38,433 nucleotides of DNA from an uncultured Bacilli bacterium (GTDB lineage: Bacteria; Bacillota_I; Bacilli_A; RF39; UBA660), in assembly GCA_934085635.1 (NCBI GenBank), contig CAKOHL010000002.1:1-38433 (forward strand), given 5' to 3'. Within the stretch, counting starts at the first letter, position 1; each line of letters begins with the position of its first letter. The translations under genes and the position numbers were made by a program. Of this stretch, positions 33,455 to 38,433 are shown piece after piece. The notes below the pieces were generated by a model, which saw nothing but the letters and a program-made list of their open reading frames with translations, was not told the DNA's origin and did no database searches.

Positions 33455-34405
33455 ATGAACGAAGATGTTGAAGTTGTAGATTTTAATAATAATGATAAAT
33501 TTAGTGTACTCAAAACATATGGGGAAAATTTAAAAACAAAAGAATACATAACGGACCCAGCAATTGGTAGAGACAAAGAAATAAAGGAAACACTTTTAAT
33601 ACTTTTAACACCAGAAAAAAGTGCAATGCTTGTAGGTAAAGCAGGTATTGGTAAAACAGCAATTGTTGAAGGTATAGGGTATAGAATGCAAAAAGGAGAA
33701 GTACCTAATGCATTAAAGGATTATGATTTAATTAAAATAAACATATCTAGTTTATTAGGTAATGTTGATTCATCAGGTGTTAATGAAAACAAACTTCAAA
33801 TACTTGTAGACGAATTAAAAGAAAGAGAAAATATAATATTATTTATAGATGAAGTTCACTTATTAGTAAGTAGAAATACAAGCAACTTAAATGTTGACTT
33901 TGCTAATATGCTAAAGCCAGGACTAGACAGAGGTACAATCAAAATGATAGGCGCAACTACTAGCGAAGAATATGAAAGTTATATTTTAAGAGATCGTGCT
34001 TTCTTAAGAAGATTCCAAAAAGTAGATGTTGAAGAGCCTACAATTGAAGATACAGTTAAAATACTAATGGGAACCTATCCTAAACTAGAAAAGAAAAGTG
34101 GAGTAATAATTCCATACAGTGACTACCAAAAAGAAAGAATATTTAGGTTTCTAGTAGAACTAACTGATGAATACAAGAGAATATATGAAATAGGAAACAG
34201 ATATCCCGACATTGCTTTAACATTGCTTGGGAACGCATTTAGTAATGCAGTATTTGAAAACAAAAATGTACTTAGCATATCAAACGTATATGATGCAGTA
34301 AAAAACTGTAAAAGTGTATATGATGATGCTAGAAAAAAAGCAATAATAAACTTTAAAGAAGAATTTAAAGACATAATTGATAGTGAGGGTGTAATTTTAA
34401 ATTAA
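33455..34405 (+). CDS. Single-module Clp/Hsp100-like AAA+ ATPase (D1 nucleotide-binding domain only)
   Basis: Colinear with ClpA/B/C D1: 'DPAIGRDKEIKETLLIL', Walker A 'GKAGIGKTAIVEGIGYRM', 'GEVPNALKD', Walker B 'ILFIDEVH', 'MLKPGLDRGTIKMIGATTSEEYE' and 'RDRAFLRRFQKVDVEEPT'. No N-domain, M-domain or D2; 316 aa. Confidence 0.75.
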   Translation: MNEDVEVVDFNNNDKFSVLKTYGENLKTKEYITDPAIGRDKEIKETLLILLTPEKSAMLVGKAGIGKTAIVEGIGYRMQKGEVPNALKDYDLIKINISSLLGNVDSSGVNENKLQILVDELKERENIILFIDEVHLLVSRNTSNLNVDFANMLKPGLDRGTIKMIGATTSEEYESYILRDRAFLRRFQKVDVEEPTIEDTVKILMGTYPKLEKKSGVIIPYSDYQKERIFRFLVELTDEYKRIYEIGNRYPDIALTLLGNAFSNAVFENKNVLSISNVYDAVKNCKSVYDDARKKAIINFKEEFKDIIDSEGVILN

Positions 34406-34563
34406 AAAAATTATACTTTTTTTATGCCTCAATATTAAAAATTAAAAAGCATTAATAAAAAATAGAGTACTTAATTCACAAAAAAGTGCTACTAAAACTC
34501 AGTATTTAGCCCATTTGCAATTTACTCTCACTTCTGTTATAGTGTATTTAGAAAGGAGGAAAA

Positions 34564-35076
34564 ATGTACGAATTAAAAGGTATAATTAAGAATAACAAAA
34601 TAAGAAATTACTTAAACTATATAGAAAAAGAATACTATTTTAGTATACTAGATGTTATCTCTTCTCTAGAAATAGAAAACCCAAAAGGAAAATGGCAAAA
34701 GATAAAAAAAGAACTACTATATGAAAGCAGTAACGTATTAAATAAAGTAGCTAAAATAAATATAGTAAATGCAAATGGTAATAAAAAATATACTGATATG
34801 TTAGACGTAGCAAGTATAATAAGAGTCATATCTATACTAACTGAGAAAAAAGCAAAAGACTTTATAAGTTGGTATGAAAAGTTACTAAGTGAGAAACTAA
34901 TGAGAAATAATGAAAAAGAAAATCTTATTGAATTAGTAAACCTAATATATGAAGGTTACAAGTATAATGATATTAAATTAAAGAAAGCACTAAAAGAAGT
35001 AAATCATATCGTACTAAGTTATTTATTAAGTAATAAATGTGTTGAAAATAATTGTGAAAATTTATATTGTGTGTGA
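34564..35076 (+). CDS. Hypothetical protein, weakly Bro-N/antirepressor-like N-terminus and Cys-rich C-terminal tail
   Basis: 'YFSILDVISSL...W..IKKEL' and 'YTDMLDVASIIRVISILTEKKAKDFISWYEKL' resemble the Bro-N pattern. The tail is 'KCVENNCENLYCV'. RBS AGGAGG. Confidence 0.4.
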   Translation: MYELKGIIKNNKIRNYLNYIEKEYYFSILDVISSLEIENPKGKWQKIKKELLYESSNVLNKVAKINIVNANGNKKYTDMLDVASIIRVISILTEKKAKDFISWYEKLLSEKLMRNNEKENLIELVNLIYEGYKYNDIKLKKALKEVNHIVLSYLLSNKCVENNCENLYCV

Positions 35077-35093
35077 ATAGGAGTGTGAATATT

Positions 35094-35924
35094 GTGAATA
35101 AAAAGATCGAGTTTTTGAATGTAGAAAAAACTATTAATGGAAAAGAATTATTAAATAATGTAAATTTAACTTTAAGACCAGGAAAAATATATGGGTTAGT
35201 AGGCGCGAATGGAAGTGGAAAAAGTACACTTTTAAAAATAATGTTAGGACTTACTAATTTTAAAGGCGAAGTATATATAAACGGATACAATGTTAGAAAA
35301 GAATATAGAAATGCTATTAAAAATGTCGGAGGTATAGTAGATGATGTTGCTTTATATGAATTTATGTCAGCCAAAGAAAATTTAAGATACTTCAGTCTTT
35401 TGTATGGAGCAAAAGAAGAAAGAACAAAGGTAGTTTTAGACTTAGTAGGATTAGATATAAATGATACTAAAATGGTAAAACACTATAGCCTAGGTATGAA
35501 ACAAAGACTAGGTATAGCTATAAGTTTACTTAAAGATCCTGACATCTTAGTATTAGATGAACCTACAAATGGATTAGACCCTAAAGGTATACTTGACCTT
35601 AGAAACTTACTTAAAAGTTTAAACAAAACCATAATTGTATCTAGTCACTTAATAAGTGAAATAGAAAAAATAAGTGCAGATGTATTATTTATAAATGATA
35701 AAACAGTAAAAGAGCAAGACATAACCAAATACAGAAAAGCAAGGACTTTTAGGGTTGGTAATATGAGCAAAGCATCACAAATACTACCTAAAACAAAATT
35801 ATTAACTGATGATGAAGTAAATGTTTATGTAAGAAAACTTGTTGAAAAAAACATACCAGTATATAGTGTAAACGAAACAAGCTCATTAGAAGACATATTA
35901 ATTAGTATGATGGAGGACAAATGA
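35094..35924 (+). CDS. ABC transporter ATP-binding protein (ABC-2 / bacitracin-lantibiotic-export type)
   Basis: Walker A 'GANGSGKST', signature 'YSLGMKQR', Walker B 'ILVLDEPTNGLD' and H-loop 'SSH'. Probable GTG start at 35094, 10 nt after AGGAG; the ORF track begins at TTG 35067. Confidence 0.85.
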   Translation: MNKKIEFLNVEKTINGKELLNNVNLTLRPGKIYGLVGANGSGKSTLLKIMLGLTNFKGEVYINGYNVRKEYRNAIKNVGGIVDDVALYEFMSAKENLRYFSLLYGAKEERTKVVLDLVGLDINDTKMVKHYSLGMKQRLGIAISLLKDPDILVLDEPTNGLDPKGILDLRNLLKSLNKTIIVSSHLISEIEKISADVLFINDKTVKEQDITKYRKARTFRVGNMSKASQILPKTKLLTDDEVNVYVRKLVEKNIPVYSVNETSSLEDILISMMEDK

Positions 35925-36856
35925 AAGAATTAATAAAAGCAGACATATATAAAGAAACAAAGAAGAAAAGTTTTAAACTAATTATATTTTTAATCCCCAT
36001 AGTAGTACTATTCTCCTTAATAATCATAAAAAATAACCTTAAAAAAGAAACATATGAAAACAAGCTTGATGAAATATCTTATTATGAAATAAATAAAAAA
36101 GGTAATTATAATAAATATTCTGATTCGTATGAAAAATATAAAGAAAAAGAAAACTTAATAAATGAAATTAATTCCACTGAGAGAGAAAGTAAAGTAAGAG
36201 ACTTGATAGTTAATGCTACTCCAATATATTACATAATTGGTTTTTTCATAATTTATATAGTCTTCAATAATTTCAGTTATGATCTAAACTATAAAACTCT
36301 AAAATATGTATTTTTAAGTGGTAACAGCAAAGCAAAAATATATTTATCAAAAATAATAGGAATTACTATAATAAGTATTTCACTTTTATTATACTCTTCA
36401 ACATTAGTATTAATCTTATCACACTTGCTAACAAAATCATCACCTTTATTAATAACTAAAATGATATATATAAATCATAGTTTTATAAAAGTACCTTTAG
36501 TCATTTATTCACTTTTACTATCATTAAAGTTTTTAATTCCAATAACATTTATTACGTTTCTAACTAGCTTACTTTCACTGTTATTTAAAGGTAATACTTT
36601 TGGCCTAATAATAAGTATACTAATATACATATTCTCTTCAAGTGTGCTAAACATTTGCCTTATCCACAATTTATCCTTCATCAAATATACTTTCATTCCA
36701 TATATGGATTACACATACTTTAGTGGTATTTCTTATCTCTATGTTAATGCTATTTATAACACTAATATAACAGAAAAACTAGGCTTTATCGTGCTAGTTA
36801 TATACTCTCTAATATTTGCAAAACTATCAATAAACTTATACAAGAAAGACCTATAA
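35921..36856 (+). CDS. ABC-2-type transporter permease
   Basis: N-terminal TM, a large extracytoplasmic loop and five C-terminal TM segments. Its start overlaps the ATPase stop (ATGA). Confidence 0.7.
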   Translation: MKELIKADIYKETKKKSFKLIIFLIPIVVLFSLIIIKNNLKKETYENKLDEISYYEINKKGNYNKYSDSYEKYKEKENLINEINSTERESKVRDLIVNATPIYYIIGFFIIYIVFNNFSYDLNYKTLKYVFLSGNSKAKIYLSKIIGITIISISLLLYSSTLVLILSHLLTKSSPLLITKMIYINHSFIKVPLVIYSLLLSLKFLIPITFITFLTSLLSLLFKGNTFGLIISILIYIFSSSVLNICLIHNLSFIKYTFIPYMDYTYFSGISYLYVNAIYNTNITEKLGFIVLVIYSLIFAKLSINLYKKDL

Positions 36857-36880
36857 AAAAACTCCATAACGGAGTTATAA
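36854..36880. terminator. Short bidirectional hairpin between convergent genes
   Basis: Stem AACTCC (36860-36865) / GGAGTT (36871-36876), flanked by an A-run and a T-run. Overlaps the cotJC stop. Confidence 0.4.
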
Positions 36881-37432
36881 ACCTTTTTTCTTATATTCAT
36901 CATGTAAACTTTTAAATCTATTATAATGAACTACTTCTCTTTGTCTTAAAAAACTTAGAGGTGCTAATAAGTCAGGATCACTAGTAAGATCCATAAGGTT
37001 TTCATAAGTAGCTCTTGCTTTTTCTTCAGCAGCCATATCTTCAGCAAGATCAACTATAGCATCTCCGCTTGAAGCAATATAAGCTGCAGTAAATGGCATT
37101 CCATTCGCACCACTTGGATAAATACCTTTCTTATGAGTAGTATAATAATCAGATAAACCAGCATTCTTTATCTCATCTATAGTTACTCCATTCATAAGTT
37201 GATGAATCATAGTTGCAATCATCTCACAATGCCCGATTTCTTCACATCCAATATCCGATAATAATGCACGTCCTTTTTCATCAGGCATAGTAAATCTTTG
37301 ACATAAGTATCTAAGTGATGCTCCGAGCTCGCCATTGGCGCCACCAAGTTGATCCGATAAAAGTTTAGCCATCTTTAAATCTTTTCTTTTAATATTAATT
37401 GGATACTCAAGCATTTTCTCATATTTAAACAT
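36875..37432 (-). CDS. cotJC: Spore coat protein CotJC (manganese-catalase family)
   Basis: Contains 'LGGANGELGASLRYLCQRF', 'EEIGHCEMIATMIHQL' and 'AAEEKARATYENL'. Its start overlaps the upstream stop (TAATG). Confidence 0.9.
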   Translation of the reverse strand: MFKYEKMLEYPINIKRKDLKMAKLLSDQLGGANGELGASLRYLCQRFTMPDEKGRALLSDIGCEEIGHCEMIATMIHQLMNGVTIDEIKNAGLSDYYTTHKKGIYPSGANGMPFTAAYIASSGDAIVDLAEDMAAEEKARATYENLMDLTSDPDLLAPLSFLRQREVVHYNRFKSLHDEYKKKGL

Positions 37433-37956
37433 TAATACTTACCTCCTTCATTCATCCAAGGCCAAGGATTACTACTCCACATATACTTATCATACTCTCC
37501 AGAATCTGTTAAACATAGTGGTCCATACTTCTTCTCATAAAGTGCCTTAGTATTATTAAGTTCTCTTAAAGTTCTTCTAAATTCATTATACAAATTAGAA
37601 CTAGGCATAATATCTAAATATAAATTTAAATCAATAACCCTAAAAGTAAGTTCTTGCACCCTTAATAAAAGTTCATCCTTATCTCCCTTAACAACTACTC
37701 TATAAACATAATTTTTATATGGGATATACTCATCTTTAAAAGAATTACCTTTATTTAAACCTTCCTCTAAACTATATAAATCTTTAGAATGTTCTTTTCT
37801 AAAATTATTAATATTAATGTTATTTATATTAATATCAGTATCATTAAGTTTACTATTAAACTCATTATAATTTTCTTCATAACTATTAGTAATATCTAAC
37901 TCTTCTTTATTACTAGTATTATAATTCAAATTATTTTCTCTCTCATCATAATACAT
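37432..37956 (-). CDS. cotJB: CotJB spore coat protein with an N-terminal Asn-rich extension and a CotJA-like motif (apparent CotJA-CotJB fusion)
   Basis: The CotJB domain is 'LLLRVQELTFRVIDLNLYLDIMPSSNLYNEFRRTLRELNNTKALYEKKYGPL'. Preceding it, 'LYSLEEGLNKGNSFKDEYIPY' resembles the CotJA core 'Y.P.EGL..GTIFPEL..PY'. No separate cotJA lies upstream. Confidence 0.7.
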   Translation of the reverse strand: MYYDERENNLNYNTSNKEELDITNSYEENYNEFNSKLNDTDININNININNFRKEHSKDLYSLEEGLNKGNSFKDEYIPYKNYVYRVVVKGDKDELLLRVQELTFRVIDLNLYLDIMPSSNLYNEFRRTLRELNNTKALYEKKYGPLCLTDSGEYDKYMWSSNPWPWMNEGGKY

Positions 37957-38064
37957 AACATTTTCCCCTTTCGTAATTATTCTATGTGTTAATAACTACT
38001 TTGTATGGTTAAAAGTTTATATTGTAAAGCCCATTTAAAAAATTGTAAAATTATTAAATAATAC

Positions 38065-38092
38065 TTGAATTAAAAAACTCATATGTTACAAT
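38065..38092 (+). promoter_or_regulatory. Sigma-A-type promoter of tsaE
   Basis: TTGAAT (38065-38070), a 16-nt spacer, then the extended -10 TGtTACAAT (TACAAT at 38087-38092). Confidence 0.4.
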
Positions 38093-38110
38093 AAAATAGG
38101 TGAAGCAAAA

Positions 38111-38433
38111 ATGAATTACAAAATAACATCTAATTCTGATTTAGATACAATAGAATTAGCAGAAAACATTGAAAGTGAAAAATTTCCAAATATGGTAATA
38201 TGCTTGGAAGGAGATTTAGGAAGTGGAAAAACTCTTTTTACTAAAGCATTTGCTAAATCTATGGGAATAATTGATAACATAACTAGTCCTACATTTAATA
38301 TAATTAAAGAATATGATGGGGAAGAAAACTATAAACTTTATCATATGGATGTGTACAGATTAAATGAAGTAAAAGAAGACTTAGGTATAGAAGAATACTT
38401 TAAGAAAAAAGGTGTAACCATAATTGAATGGGC
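38111..38433 (+). CDS. tsaE: tRNA threonylcarbamoyladenosine biosynthesis ATPase TsaE (3' end truncated by the window)
   Basis: My own translation gives MNYKITSNSDLDTIELAENI...'LEGDLGSGKTLFTK' (P-loop), 'SPTFNI', 'HMDVYRL' and 'IIEW'. No stop codon before the window end. Confidence 0.85.
   Translation, partial: MNYKITSNSDLDTIELAENIESEKFPNMVICLEGDLGSGKTLFTKAFAKSMGIIDNITSPTFNIIKEYDGEENYKLYHMDVYRLNEVKEDLGIEEYFKKKGVTIIEW

Noticed and set aside
37800-37860. Short AT-rich tandem-like repeats (AATATTAAT variants) in the 5' part of the cotJA/B ORF.
   Set aside because: They encode the NININNININN low-complexity tract in frame. They are not a discrete DNA repeat element or a phase-variable homopolymer.
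38001-38030. A sigma-E/sigma-K-like -10 (CATACAA on the minus strand, 38008-38002) upstream of the cotJ operon.
   Set aside because: The -10 resembles the mother-cell sigma consensus CATACA-T. I could not place a convincing -35 (ATATT or AC) at the right spacing, so it is left uncalled.
1-38433. Searched for CRISPR arrays, rRNA genes, complete IS elements or transposases, toxin-antitoxin pairs and classic defence-system signatures (RM, CBASS, retron RT, Cas).
   Set aside because: I saw no regularly spaced direct repeats, no rRNA-like conserved blocks and no reverse transcriptase, nuclease or cyclase motifs in any ORF. The only recombinase is the serine recombinase at 3936-5642.

Overview
The window is very AT-rich, and coding strands are strongly purine- and A-ending-codon-biased. 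Gene content points to a spore-forming, Clostridia-like Firmicute (cotJ and cotF-like coat genes, rubrerythrin, CIRCE element); no finer taxonomic call is possible from sequence alone.

Layout, left to right:
- (i) The 3' end of a secreted-protein gene.
- (ii) A minus-strand NitT/TauT-type ABC importer operon. Its substrate-binding gene is split by a 3,185-bp insertion carrying only a RhuM-family gene, a ~61-aa ORF and a large serine recombinase, flanked by a 13-bp direct repeat. Precise excision restores an in-frame 328-codon gene.
- (iii) A ~14-kb co-directional envelope and lipid block:
  - two PlsC-like acyltransferases;
  - MBOAT, DHHW, DUF4358 lipoprotein and an SGNH esterase;
  - a SH3b-GH73 peptidoglycan hydrolase ending in a dockerin, followed directly by a membrane-anchored cohesin protein;
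  - an LCP-PASTA protein, then gpsA, a DagK-like lipid kinase and psd.
- (iv) A minus-strand operon of rnr, a membrane protein and a GT2 glycosyltransferase.
- (v) Housekeeping and accessory genes: YtxH, an esterase, a ZIP transporter, and an SDR / E2-like acyltransferase / AMP-ligase trio.
- (vi) A stress and spore-coat neighbourhood:
  - CIRCE-controlled hsp20, a CotF-like pair, rubrerythrin and tRNA-Asn;
  - a D1-only Clp-like AAA+ ATPase, a Bro-N-like protein and an ABC-2 exporter;
  - a cotJA/B fusion plus cotJC;
  - the 5' end of tsaE.

No CRISPR array, rRNA or complete IS element was seen. The most notable items are the gene-splitting recombinase mini-element and the non-cellulosomal dockerin/cohesin pair attached to an autolysin. 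All homology calls come from motif recognition by eye, not from database searches.
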